From contig NW_027191404.1 of assembly GCF_041146345.1 (NCBI RefSeq), forward strand, positions 2,170,001 to 2,234,000: DNA of 64,000 bases, written 5' to 3'. Made by a program: the position numbers and the translations under genes. Shown here piece by piece: positions 12,599-25,760 of the stretch (positions are counted from its first letter, which is position 1; each line of letters starts with the position of its first letter). The notes under the pieces were generated by a model. The model did not search any database and was not told the origin of the DNA. It saw only the letters and a list, made by a program, of their open reading frames with translations. This DNA comes from Neodothiora populina (Eukaryota).

Positions 12599-14617
12599 TT
12601 ACAGAGTGTAGTCGTGAATACCTTGTGGCCCTTGCTCGTTGTAATCCGTTCTCGTCATGTACCCTTTGCTTAACCCCTGATCGGTGATGAACAACACCTT
12701 GGCCGCAACCTGTGCGCCCAAGAAAACAGCTTCCTCATAGCCGGCATCTTTCCACTCGGGAAAATACTCGGGAATCTTAGCTAACTTCATGCTAGTTGGC
12801 GTCTGCGCATGAGATGAGTGCATGCTATGCGAGAGGTGCCCTGGCATAGCTCCACCCATCTGACTCATCTGGGGATTCTGTGCGGTCGTAGCTGCATATA
12901 GTAGAGGGTTCACACCCGGACCAGCATGCGACGGCATACTCTGCGGTTGCGGCGTATTGGATCCTGTGGCGGCCGGGGTCGAGAGATTCGAAGGCAGTTC
13001 GGATGTGAATATGGTGGCAGAGGAAGGCGATATGAGATATTTACTCTGGATGGTTGCCAGCAGAGCCTCCTTGAACCCTCTCACTTTGGACCCATTGCCC
13101 ACCACTATCAGGGAGTCCCATAGCTCGCTTCTCTTGTTCACCTCTTCCACCGAGGAGATTGTGCGGTAGATGACGTCTGCGAGCCTCTCCAATACTCCAC
13201 CCGATGCCGCCTGGAATCGTTCGAGTCCAACCTCAATCTCGCGTCTAATGATGCCGCTGGCAGAAGACGTCTCGTGCGAGGCAGCGCCATTGGTGGCAGC
13301 ACCGTCACCGTCCGTGCCTTGGTTCTTTGGAGCTTCCGAATCGATAGCAGCTTGCATGTCTGCCATATGTTGCCCACTGGCGTTCATGTCCTTCAAGGCA
13401 TTGTGTAGGGCGTGGTCCTCGAATGCAAATGTGTTTTTGGGGCGTTTCGAATTTGGTAAGCGTACAGGTTTGGCGGCCGTGGCGGCAACTGCTGCTGCGG
13501 TGTCTGTGCCCTTCTTCTTCGCAGCGAGACGCTCTGCCTTTTCGCGCTCCTTCCGTTCTAGAAACTCGCTCATGTTTCCACCGGTGACGATGCTAGCAAT
13601 ATCCAGGACACCCTCGTTGTCTTCGCCATCTTTTGTCTCAGTCCCAACCTCAGTGCCTGGTCCTGGGCCGCGGGGTATTTCACCCACTGCGCCTGCCGTC
13701 GTGTGGATGGGGTGACCAGAAGCATCTAAGCCGGTGCTGGCAGCAGCGGCAGGATTCTGAGGATCGTGTTCAGAGGCGGTCGCAGAAGGTAGGTCGACAT
13801 CCGGGGGCAGGATCTCACAGATAGGACTTCTCTTCAGCTGCTCGGTCATGTCCTTGGTGAAGCCCTTGGCACTCAGAAGGGCGTACAGACGCTCTGTCAT
13901 AGCCTCTCCACCGCAATCTGGCACACTCAAAGCGCGACCGGTGTCGTGGATGAGGAATTCGGAAATGGCGGTGACATCTGCTTTAGTATAGCCAACGTCC
14001 ACTACGGTGGCAGTGTGTAGGCCATAAGCGTAAAGAGTAGCAGAGGCCGAGTCCATCAAGCCAAAAGCGGGCATCTTGTACTTTTCAAAGAAGAATTGCG
14101 TGATCCTTTCGTGCTCCTTGGGGGTCCACGTGGGTTCGGCAACGAGCAGAATGGCAGTATGGAAGGGAGGGTTTATGGTACGGTAGACATGATCCATGAG
14201 GGCGAAGAAGCAAGGCCAGTCCACGATTGCGCCGTTTCGTATCGGCCACAGCGCGCCTTCCTCGGAGACCAAGTCCTCCTCGTACTCGGGATCATTGTTG
14301 TCATCGTTGGTCTGGTCCTGCTGCGCGCCATCGCCGTCCGTCTCGGTCTGCGGGGCGCCTGTATTGGCAGCCTTCTCTTTTCGTCGCACTTTGTTGGGTT
14401 CGAACTCTCCATCCTTCTCGGCTGGGAACATGCATGATCTGAAGTGAAAGCGTGGCGGCGTGAGAGACTCTGGTAGTCCAAGTTGTACGAGGGTGTTTCG
14501 CGAACCAGGCGCGATAATCTTTTGATCAATTCAGGTCAGCGATCCATCACTATCATGATACAGGCCAGAGCAAAGGAGCTGTCGCACCAAGATCTGCTCA
14601 TCGCGAAAGGGCGGCAT
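12599..14617 (-). CDS. ARP9: Actin-related protein Arp9 (RSC and SWI/SNF subunit), intron 14519-14587
   Basis: MPPFRDEQIL|IIAPGS start. Actin-fold motifs ATVVDVG, LWDSLIVVGNGS, KIPEYFPEWK, EAVFLGAQVAAK. Confidence 0.88.
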
Positions 14618-15166
14618 GGCTGGCGCGATGGCAATGTCGCCGTGGAAGGAACAATCTGATCAAGTTGTGTTGACACGGTGGTCAATGGTCGGCGATGCTC
14701 AAAATGACGCGTCTTGGAGGAAGATGGATGTACAACACGCGCTTCAATAAAGCAATAAAGCTCCAATAATAATAATGAATGAATGAACGAGTGAAGCACG
14801 TCGTACCTGTAGCCCTGGAACTTCCACTTGCAGCCCTGGAGCCCGTGCCACTTGTCTTTCAAGAACGACTCGGTTGCTCGGTCTCCTTGTCCGGAGGGGC
14901 TGCATTACGACTACTCGCTCTGTGGGGTCGTGGTAGGTAATGACTCGCACTCTGCCGCCATCACGTCTGCCCGCCCACGTCATCTTGTGCAACTCCGATA
15001 CAGGTGCCTTGACTTCCATTACCTTCACATGCCATACAACTCTACTGCATCTCTGCAAGGGTGTTCCCGTTCCACAGTGTTGTAGCTTGACAGACAATCA
15101 AAGTGCTACACAGCATTTGCAGAACCCACTCTTTCGGTGCACATTCCAAATCTAGCAGCACACAGA

Positions 15167-16167
15167 ATGAGCAACGTCAACCTTCAAGAAGTCCATGACT
15201 TCCTCATATTGGTCGCCAAAAAGGCTGGCCATATGATCACTTCTGCAAAGCCAACCACCAGCTCTTCGGGGGAAAAGAAGAACTCGGTGGATCTGGTGAC
15301 CGAAACTGATCAAGCCGTAGAGAAGATGGTTACCGAATCTGTGAAAGAGAAATATCCTGACTTCCAGTGCGCACATTCGTTTCCCAAACTCTCACTGACC
15401 CTCCAATCTCACCCGTTCGTCTTACAGATTTATGGGTGAAGAGACATACAAGCCAGGCGACAGGCTCACTTCAGCTCCTACCTTTATTGTCGACCCAATA
15501 GATGGCACTACCAACTTCTGTCATGGCTATCCATACGGTACAGTCCCGGACGCATTCGAGTCATCCGAGTCAGAACACTCACTGATGCTGCGCAGTATCT
15601 ATCTCTTTGGGGTTGGCGATTGATCTGAAGCCTGTTGTTGGGATTGTATACAACCCATTCACGGGCACCCTCTATTCCGGTATTCTTGGCCAAGGTTCGT
15701 TCCTTACAGATCAATTCCATGACCATGTCCGTTTGCCTCTGAAAGATCCCGAGCCCCTGAGTGGTCTAGACAAGGCTCAGATTGCGGTCGAGTGGGGCAG
15801 TGATCGCTCGGGCAATGATTACGACGTCAAGGTAAACACATTTAGAAAGCTCTGCGCAAGTAAAGAGGACGGGGGTGCCATGGTGCATTCGTTGCGTTCT
15901 TTGGGCTCCGCTGCATTGAATTTATGCGCTGTTGCATCGGGTCACATAGACATATATTGGGAGGCCGGGTGTTGGGCATGGGACGTCTGTGCCGGCTGGG
16001 TGATCCTCACAGAGGCCGGAGGAGAAATCGTTGACGCAAACAAAGGCAACTGGAAGCCCCGTATCGATGATAGGAGATATCTTGCCGTACGCAAAGGTCA
16101 TGGCCAGAAAGAAATCGTCGAGGAGTTTTGGAACAATGTCCAAGGAAAATTAGAGGTTGGTCTTTGA
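15167..16167 (+). CDS. Inositol monophosphatase, 3 exons
   Basis: DLVTETDQAVE, GEE, FIVDPIDGTTNF, RSLGSAA, WAWDVCAG. Introns at about 15368-15427 and 15538-15595. Confidence 0.93.
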
Positions 16168-16635
16168 GATCTGCTCAGGGTCTTCTAGAGTAGATCACGG
16201 GAGGTAAGAATCGTCTTGGTCCACAAATCACAACGGTCCAACAACGCTTTTTCCTTCTTTCCTTGTCGTATTCTACATCACTTTCGTAGTTGTGCTCCGG
16301 TGGCACTTGGAGTGCGACACGCTGATTGATGGAAATCATGCGCTGGCAAAACAGCGAGGGGAAAGGCTCGGCGCTCTTTGGGCCGATATACCCAATTTAG
16401 CCTTTCGAGATCTCCAATAATTACCCCAATCCTCCACGTCGATCCATCTCTTCAGTGGTCACGTCCATGTACACTTGCATCATTCCTGTATTTCACCACT
16501 ATGGTTGTAGAGAATGCGTGGTGGCGGTCTTGGAGGGGTACATGCCGCTTTCCATTTATATACGTAAGGCTTGTGTCTTTGGCCATGGGATAAAGTAGGT
16601 ATACTCACAAATCAGAGGCACACACTTCTGGTACT

Positions 16636-18544
16636 ATGCTCATCTACTTTTCAGCGGCCACGGTCGTGGTATATCTGGCTGGTGTGTGTCTTGCGAATAC
16701 AAGTTTGGTGGCAGAGCTGGAGTACGGTACTTTCTCTGGAGCATACTCGGCCCCGTATAACATCACTTACTGGCAAAAGATACCCTTTGCCGCACCACCA
16801 ATAGGGGTAACCCGATTTCGAGCACCTCAACCTCCTGCCAGGATCACCAATGGCACGTACAACTCCACACAAGAGTACGACATGTGTCCGCAGAGAACAG
16901 TCAATGGCTCGGAGGACTGCCTCTACCTTGGCCTCTATTCCAGACCGTGGGCTGCGGGACAACCACTTCGACCGGTAGTGATCAACTTCTACGGCGGTGG
17001 ATTCATCCAAGGCGGAGGGTCTTTTACTCTGCCGCCGGCCGGTTTTCCAACACTGAATGTGTCCACAGCCAGAGATTTCATCTTTGTGTCTCCCAACTAT
17101 CGCGTCAATACCCTTGGCTTCCTCCCAGGCAAGCAAATAGCAGAGGACCCAAACTCGGATCTAAACCCAGGTCTCCTCGATCAGCATGCGGTACTACAAT
17201 GGACCAATAAGTACATAACAAAGTTCGGTGGGGATCCAAGCAACGTTGCCATTTGGGGTCAGTCTGCCGGGGCAGGATCTGTGGTAGCCCAAGTAATCGC
17301 TCAGAACGGCAAAACCACTCCACGTCTCTTTGACAAAGCGCTTGCGTCTTCACCGTTCTGGGAGAAGACGTACAAGTACGATGCCCCTGAGGCTCAAGAG
17401 CTATACGACAACCTCGCTAGATTGACCAATTGCACCGGTGCTGAATCTCTCCGCTGCCTCAAGAGCGTCGACGTGCAAGTGCTGCGTACGGCGTCCCTGG
17501 CGATCTCTGGCTCGCACACCTATAACACCTCGTCATACTCCTGGGCGCCTGTCATCGACGGCACTTTTCTCTCACAGACATTGACTGCTGCCACAATCAG
17601 AGGCGCCGTGAACATCGAGTACGGATTCGGCATGTACAATCTCCACGAAGGCGAGAACTTCGTGCCTCCTGGTCTGCAGAATGTATCAAACACTGGGTCG
17701 CCCCCGTTCAATTCGTCCGCGGCCTCGTTTGATAATTGGTTGCACGGCTATCTACCCGGGCTCTCTAATACGAGTTTCGAGACTGTCAAACGTCTGTATC
17801 CGGCACATGGCTCGGCTGAAGAGTTGAAGAGCTATAACACGACGTATGTACGTGCCGGCCTGATACACCGAGACACGACATTGGCCTGTCCAGCATTGTG
17901 GATGGCATCTGCAGCCCGCAAGAGGTCGTATCTAGGTGAATACACTATCGAACCCTGTAAGTCAACCAATAACCATTCTTTGCCTTATTCCGCATTCCAT
18001 CCATTCGAAGTTTATGTTCTAGAGTGATCAAACCGATTGCATAGACACACCAAGTCCCTCCCTCTCCCCGTCCACCGCACGGCAAAAAGAGGACAGGGTC
18101 CCCCTCTCAACCCCCTTTTTTCCCACTCCCCCCGACTCCACCAACCCGGTTCTCTCCCCCCCATCAACACAAACCCTCCATGTTACCAAAAACCACCATA
18201 AGAACTAATCTCCCCTCCCCCCACAAAAAAAAGCCCGCCACGGCAGCGACACCTACTGGTGGAACCGGCCCTCGCCCTTCCAAGTCTCGAATCCCACAAC
18301 CTACCACGCTTACACAGGCGTCTTCGCATCTTTTTTCCAGTCGCGCGCCGGCGACGCGAACGAATATAAACTCACCGACGATAACATACCGCGTGTGCCT
18401 GATTTGAAGGCGACGGGGGAGGAGTATGTCATCGGGCCGGAGGTGGATCAGGTTGGGACCGTGGGCATTGGTGTGGAGGGGGGGCTTACAGCACGGTGCG
18501 GGTTCTGGATCGAGGTCGCGCGCAGGGGGGAGATTCCTATTTGA
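16636..18544 (+). CDS. Secreted type-B carboxylesterase/lipase, intron 17957-18233
   Basis: Signal peptide, SEDCLYL, oxyanion YGGGF and nucleophile WGQSAG. The second exon supplies the catalytic HGSD and ends CGFW...IPI*. Confidence 0.88.
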
Positions 18545-19165
18545 TTCTTACATGAGGGGGTTGTTTTGCTTGTTGCTTCTTTTCTGCATAGGAGCGGATG
18601 AGAACGGGAGAGTCGAATAGCTCAAGGGGAGGTAATTGGGGGGTTGTAACAAATAAACGGGGCAGAGGAATGCCATGATGATTTTCTTATGCCTGTGATG
18701 AGTGCGTGAATGATGAATCTTGGCAAATCGAGATACTAGACTGCAAGCTCGTCTGCCTTGCCTGCCTCTCTCGAGAACGAATGGGTTTCAAGCCTTCCTT
18801 GACTGTTGTTATCGTTATTTTCTTCCGATGAGAAAAACGAAGTAGGGCAATTTGAGCTTGTATTTCAAGTAGGAGTTTGTGCTCCCTCTTCATGTGGAAA
18901 AGACCAGAGAAATGTGAACATCTGCATCAAGACGTGCATACATACATACAAACATACAAAAAGGAAACCAAACACAATCCCAGGTACAGCGTAGTGTCCA
19001 AGAGCTGACCCTACAAGACCCGAGACCCAGCTCGGGGAATATGTTCAGTTCGTTAAGCAGAACTTTCGTCAGAGCTCTACACGCAAAAGAACCCCAAGAT
19101 CATCTCATTCCGCTTCTCCTGACGCTTCCTCGGCTTTCCGTCTTGATCTCCACCATGCGGCCAGA

Positions 19166-20701
19166 TTACGTGTCAAGCTGTCTCTTTCTCTGCCTCTGTA
19201 GCCGCTCGGCCGCCTGCCGTAAAGCTCCTCTGACCTCGGTCGTATACCGGCAAACATGGTCTTGGATCTTTTTGGCGCCTGCGTCGGCTGCCACGTCGAC
19301 GTCGTCAGAGTCGGAGTCGTCGACGGGGATCTTGGGACTGTGACGCGGTGTCGAGCGAGCGGAAAGAGGATGGCGATGATCGCTTCTTGCTCTAGGAGCA
19401 GCTCCATAGTGTTGTTCTGTATCGCCCAATTCGTCCCAGATGTCTTCTCTTTCTCGAAACGTGTCGCTGCGTCTCCGTCGTCTGCCGGTCATGAGGGCGG
19501 AATCGCGGAGTGTGTGTCTTCTTTTCGAGTACTGCATCAACGGGGCGCGCTCAGGATCATCTCCCTGATGGATGCGGGCAGGATCGAGGTCGTCCTCGGC
19601 GACAACGGATTCGTCGACAAAGCCCATGCCAGGGGTGAGAGCTGAAGGAGGTATCTCGGAGGCGTAGATGTGAGCGTGACCGGGTCCTGCCTCGTCTTCG
19701 TCCTCGCTCAAGCGCCAACTCAAAGCCAAAACGCCGGAAAGGAGTATCACAGTGCCAAGCGCGATGAGACCGGCATATAGAGGCGGTAGACGATCGGTCT
19801 GGCGAAAGTAGATGAGACCGTCGAGGATGGCGATGATATTGTATACGCAGAAGACAAAGGGGTAAAGGACGCTAGTGGTGACGAGTTTGAGGCCGAGGTG
19901 GAGATAGTAGAGTTGAGCCAAAGCCATGACCAGAAAGAAGACGAGGAGAAGCCAGGACTGGTAGCGGTTGAATTGGTTGCGGTGGTCGACAATGGTGCGA
20001 ACGAGCAACTCGACCGCACTCTTGGCCAGGAGTAGGGCATGGGCAGAGAGGACACCAGAGACGAGACCGAAGCACATGCCCTTGATCAGACGTACGCGCG
20101 ATCGGTCGCGCGAGTGTGCCGGAAGTAGGTGGTTCAGACAAAAGGTGGCGACGAGGACGACGATGACGAGCAGGAAGGTCAAGCTCATCCAGACGATAAA
20201 GTTGGGCACGACAAGGAGGGCCAGCAGCTGATCCAGACTATGCGAGGGTTCTGGGACAGCTGAAAACATGGAGATCAGGACGGCGCCGGTGGCGACCAAG
20301 ACGGTACCGATGGTGGTGCGAATAGTGAAGGGCTCCTTGAGCAGGAGGGTGGCCATGAGGGCATTGAAGACAAGACCCGAGGCTTGCAGAGTACTGAGCA
20401 GCGGCAGCGGCAGTGTGGTGATCTGGATGGTAGAGCCGATGATGTTGCTCAACAGGAACAACAGCATGCCGATCTGCCATCGCCGTCGCCGATAGGGAGC
20501 TCGCCTTGGTAAATGATCCTCTTTCTCATCCTCGAGCATGTGCGACTTGCGCTGCAGGGTCAGGCCGACAGACTGGACGCATGTCGACAGGAGACCGACT
20601 ATGACGCCCAACTACGAAGTCGTCAGAAGAAGGTAAACAACAACTGAAGATGGAGAGGTGAAACATACGGCCAGAGTCCCGCCGGGGGACAGAGACGACA
20701 T
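19166..20701 (-). CDS. NIPA/DUF803 family multi-pass membrane protein (putative Mg2+ transporter), intron 20612-20668; the true C-terminus may extend to 19105
   Basis: MSSLSPGGTLA|LGVIVG, GLTLQRKSH, about 9 hydrophobic segments, LPLPLLSTLQASGLVFN. Confidence 0.85.
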
Positions 20702-21015
20702 AGCGGTTGCATACACAGCTATGCCTGAGGTTGTGGCGATGTTTTTTTTTGATATGATACTCGGGAGGGGAGCAGCGGTTATCGCGCGCAAGACATGGTG
20801 TGGTCAGGCGGAATGCGATGCGATGGTATAGGGCTTTGCTAAGGTGTGCAATAATATGGCAGCCTTGAGCAAATGATGTGCAATAGCGTGCAAATCGCAC
20901 GAGAAGTGTAGACCAAAATAGGATAGAGCAAGTGGAAGGTAAATATACTCAGGGTAGGGCAAGTGCGCTTTGCCGCTGTGATGTAGGTAAGGCAGGATGT
21001 CGGAAGACGAAAGAG

Positions 21016-21040
21016 TGATGATGATGATGATGATGATGAT
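21016..21040. repeat. (GAT)8 microsatellite
   Basis: tgatgatgatgatgatgatgatgat. Confidence 0.9.
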
Positions 21041-21694
21041 GTAGAGAACAAGGAGTGTCATGCAATAAGGTGGTGTAGGAGAATACGACAGTCCCTTCCA
21101 CGCTACTGTATTTGTTTTGTATACCTTGATGAAACAGAGGTACAGTAAGGTAAGGTACAGTAGGTGCAGTACAGTGCCTCCTGTTGGCCCTGTGACTTCC
21201 AATGATGCCCCGGTAGATTACAGTATTGTTGGGTGACAAAAACACCTGAGTATTGGCCACCGCTCTTGTCCTCCTTTCTCCGCCATTCTTGTCGGATTCC
21301 TACTGTACTGTAAGTTGGGACTAGCACTGAGAAGGGCTAGACTCGATACCTTGAGGGCCACGATCTGATAAGACTCGAAATGGGTTAGTGTCGACAACAT
21401 GACAGTCGAGCCAAGACCCGCAGTCCACGATCCAACGTCACTCTGTAGGTGTGTAGCAGCAAGAACGGTAGCTTGACCTTGACCTTGAGCCATTATTCAC
21501 TGAGAGGCATAGAGTGTAGAGTTGTCTACCAATCCCTCCACTACACCGCTTCGGACATCATACCACATACCGCGTTCGACCTTCCCCGGCGCCTTCCTTC
21601 GTAGCTAGAGTTCCTGCCGTGCTCCAACTCAGCTGGTGCTTCGTTCAACCATAATCCTCCTCGTCCTCCTCTACAACACACCGATTCCACAATC

Positions 21695-22526
21695 ATGTCG
21701 CAAATACACGCCATGTCCGACGACCAGGTATTCACCGACGCACTCGATCCTTTGCACTTGCAACGCTATACATGCTGACATGCAAAACAGGTCGCCTCGG
21801 AGCTGCGCAAGATGACGGCCTTCATCCGCCAAGAAGCGCTGGAGAAAGCGCGCGAGATCAACCTCAAAGCAGACGAGGAGTTCGCCATCGAAAAGGCCAA
21901 CCTGGTGCGCCAGGAGACGGCCACCATCGACACCCAGTACGAGAAGAAGTTCAAGACGGCCAGCATGTCGCAGCAAATCACAAAGTCCACCCTGTCCAAC
22001 AAGATGCGTCTGAGGCTGCTGAGCGCGCGACAGGAGCTGCTCAACGACCTCTTCGAACAGGCCGCCAACAAGCTGCCCGACCAGATCGCCGATCCCGCCA
22101 AGTACGAGGGCATCCTCAAGGATCTCTTGCTCGAGGGCATGTATGCGCTCAATGAGCCCAAGATCTCCGTTCAGTGCAGAGCCAAGGATGTCGACGCCGT
22201 CAAGAAGGCCGCCGAGGCTGCGAGCAGCGAGTACAAGGAGAAGTTGAAGGGCAAGGAGGTCGAAGTCTCCATTGACGAGAAGGACAGTCTGCCAGAGGAG
22301 TCGTACGTTTTTCTTGTTTCTCCATCAACTCCCACTATCCCTGACTCCCAATTGCATACTGACCGAAGGACACAGCGCTGGCGGTGTATGGATCTACAAC
22401 GGAACAGGCAAAATCGACATCAACAACACTTTCGAGGAACGTCTCAAGCTTCTCGAGACCGACGCCCTGCCGGCCGTGAGAACGATCCTCTTCGGCGAGA
22501 ACCAGAACAGAAAGTTCAAGGACTAG
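21695..22526 (+). CDS. VMA4: V-type ATPase subunit E, 3 exons (introns 21728-21790, 22302-22376)
   Basis: MSDDQV..ELRKMTAFIRQEALEKAREI..KADEEFAIEK; GKIDINNTFEERL; LFGENQNRKFKD. Confidence 0.96.
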
Positions 22527-22878
22527 ACTTCTTTTCCTTGCATGGCGCCGAACCACCTTTACCCTCTCACACCACCATCTGTCTGTTTTACATAAACCAC
22601 GTCGATTTCCCCATTCCTCCGTCTCCGCTTTGCGCTCTCTAACTTTGTGTGTATTCTTGTGTCTTGTTTAGCCGATCGATGAAGGAAGTGGTAGAGCATG
22701 CATGCATGTCTTGTGTAAGCTGAGCTAGCCCGTACTTTGTAGATATTATCTGATCTCCCACGTATCACCTTGAGCGCTTCCAAGCGCTGTATTTTCTTCT
22801 CTGTCCACCGGCTGGATTGCCACAGATCACGGTCCGCCAGCGTCGGTGCCTACACCACCACCACCCTCCTGCCTCACC

Positions 22879-25489
22879 TCATCCACCACCCCCCTTGACC
22901 AAATAATCCTGCATGTCCACATAAACATCCCCTGATCTTCCTGTTGCTACCCGACGACCAGATCCACCACTACCGCCTCCCCCGAAAATCGACTTCTTCG
23001 GCTTCCGCCTCGTCCGAGCCGCGTACTCGAGCCTGTACGACAGCTTCTCCAGCATGCTCTTGCACTCTGTGCGCTGCATGTGCGCCGCCCCGGCGTCTCG
23101 AATATGCGACATGAGCACGCGGAGCTCGCCGACGAGGCCGTCGATGGCCTCGTTGAAAGCTGTTTCGATTGGTGTGGATTGGATTTGTCGTGATCGGTTT
23201 CTTTGCATCTTCGTGAGATCGGTGCTGGTGCTTTCGTCTTGTTTTGCTTCTGGCGTTCGTCTTTCGGGCAAGAAGCGAAAGTCTGAGAAGCCGGCGCCTA
23301 CCGCTATATCTAAGATGCCGATTCGCGCGCCCAGCGCGGCAAAGTCTGTGTCTTCTCTGATTCTGAACCTGGTGCTTTTCTTGAGATGCGCAATGACGTT
23401 CCATGTTGTCGATACTTGGTCGAGTCCTCCCTGCAGGTGATCCTCGGATTTCAGTGTGTATGCGAGTCCCAGTCGTCGCTTGAATGAGTGCATCCGCGTG
23501 CTTGTGGAAGGTAAGCTGCATAGTAGTCGATGCATCAGGATTGGGTTCTTGATGCTCTTCAGAGTGTTGACGCCGACGCTCGTGGCCTGAACGCAGTCGG
23601 TCAGCATGCATTTTCCGTATATGCGCATTTCAAAGGTGTGAAGAAGCAGACTTACAGTGTCGTCAAATCTCTCCGCATCACCTGCGTCTATAAGCGCCTT
23701 TATAGCAGCCTGAACCTGCGTTCGGGTCGTCGTATCCTCCTGCACCCTGCAGTCGAGAAGCATAAGCATCGAAGAGTGGAGCCAGCTCCTTTTTTCTGAG
23801 AGGGGCAAACTGCGAGTTGCAAGGTCAGTACGGGTCACGAATAGCGATGCATAGTGGGCTCTCATACTGTTCCGCCAAGCTGCCAAAGAGTAGACTGGAA
23901 TTGCGCGCAGCAGTGTATATCAACGGATCTGGCTTTCTCTCATTGTCCAGAGGTGCAGGAGCATGGACTTCGAGTCCTGAAGCGGAGTTTTGGCGGCCGG
24001 CAATCTCTAGAAGACCTTCACGAAGGGTCTCGAGACTGACTGGTGCCACTCTGTAATGAGCATGGAGGGACGCTACATATGCAAGTGCCATGCTGGTGTC
24101 CGATTCATTCAGAACTGGATATCTTAAGTCAGAAATGTGAAACCTCAGTGAATCAGGATTCCACTCACGATCGCGCGAGATCCACTGAAGGATCCCTTCG
24201 GGAAGAGGTAGCACGCGTGCCATATCCGAAATGAAACCAGTGACAAAGGCTTGGTCTCGAGACTTCTGCTCTACTCAAACGTCAGCACTGCTAGGAAACA
24301 ACCGTCAAGCCAACTCACTTCGCAGGATTGGGCCCCAGGTCTTGTGTCGATCCATTTGCTCCACAGGAAATTCAGGTCGCGCTGGCCGAACGTCTCCTGC
24401 TGTGAAGAAGTAGTATTTCACATCCGCCTGCAGAGTATCCATACGCTTCATCGCCCGAAGGAGATCATCCTTCTCCTGTGCATCCCTATCCTCACGGTCT
24501 AGTTGCTCGGTCACGCCGACCAGACCAGCGTCGTTGGCACTAGGGGCTAACGATTCAACCTTGTTCTCTTCTTCCATATCCTCCAGATACGCAAATTGCT
24601 TCTGATGTTGGCCCCAAGCTGCTTCAGCTCGAGACTGTTTGGCAAGACTAGCCAGATCGAACTTGTACTTTTTCCTTGGGGGAGACCTCGATTTTCGCAT
24701 ACTGCTCTGCACCCGTGGCTTCCTGGAGCTTCTCAACTCTCGTGTCTCCGCACTTGTTTCATGCCTGTTCACTGAAGGCTCGTTTGTCATTTTGACCCTC
24801 TTTCGCTTGATAAGTTCCTCCAACTCATCCAACGAGTCGTCATCCTGATCCATGCTGTCCGAGTCGGAATTAGTGACGGCCAACTGACCACCATGAACGA
24901 TGCGACGGCTTGATGACTGAGAGCTGATCGGCGGTGCCGAAAGACTGGACGTAGATAGGAAGGATGCATTGACATCCGGTAATTTTGCACGAGTAGGCTC
25001 GCAAGGTGCAACTACGATCTCGGGTTCGAGGAGAGGCTCGGGGCTGGGACTGGCGTTTGTCGAACTACGAGAAGATAGAGGACTCAATTGCCGCATCTTC
25101 CGTTGCGGCTCATCTGGAATATGGAGACTCGGTGGACAAGATGAAGTTGGCGATAATGCCGGGGTGGTTGTGGCAACATGAGAGACCTCCTTATTCACCA
25201 ACTTCTTCGTCATGATTGTTGATGACTCTTGTAGCGGAATTTTGTTTGCAACTGGCGCGTCATCCTTGTCAACTGCTATTCTGCTATCTGAGACAGTCTT
25301 TGCTTGTGATTTTGATCCCCACGGTTTATCTACTGCCACAGTCAAGGCAGGTGTTGTTACTTCACGAGGCGAACTAGGTCTCGGTGCAGCTGTCACATTT
25401 ATATTATCGAATAGGTCACCCTGTATGATCTTCCTTTTTGGCTTGATGTATGGCTTGAAGAAGTCGGCTATATTCCGACTGACCGGCAT
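22879..25489 (-). CDS. Uncharacterised probably nuclear protein, possibly Nse6/SLF2 (CANIN)-like, 5 exons
   Basis: Three track ORFs join in frame via introns 24271-24318, 24115-24168, 23810-23867 and 23587-23655. Disordered N-half with basic NLS-like clusters and a helical C-half. The family call is inference. Confidence 0.7.
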
Positions 25490-25518
25490 TGTGTGATGTT
25501 GAAGATGACATCGTGAGT

Positions 25519-25551
25519 ACGCGCCTGAATAGAGGCAGACGCGCATCGCGT
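25519..25551. promoter_or_regulatory. Cluster of three ACGCG (MCB-core) motifs in a short divergent promoter
   Basis: ACGCG at 25519 and 25539, CGCGT at 25547. Confidence 0.45.
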
Positions 25552-25760
25552 TATGCTTCGGCGACTCTAAAGCTTAAGTCCGATGAGGGCCAAGAATCTT
25601 GCCTACGGTATTGATCTTGCTATATTGATAATGCAAGTAATTTTCAACTTGCGCTCTTGGATGATATTGTCATAGACCGTCGATTCAACATGAGAGCTCT
25701 CTATGGCTGGTAAAGACCTGTCATTTTTGTAGAACTTCTTGCGCAGGCTTGTGAAGGATC

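Noticed and set aside
20913..20922. CArG box CCAAAATAGG; also a single HSE-like TTCTAGAA near 11439
   Set aside because: Isolated short matches are expected by chance.
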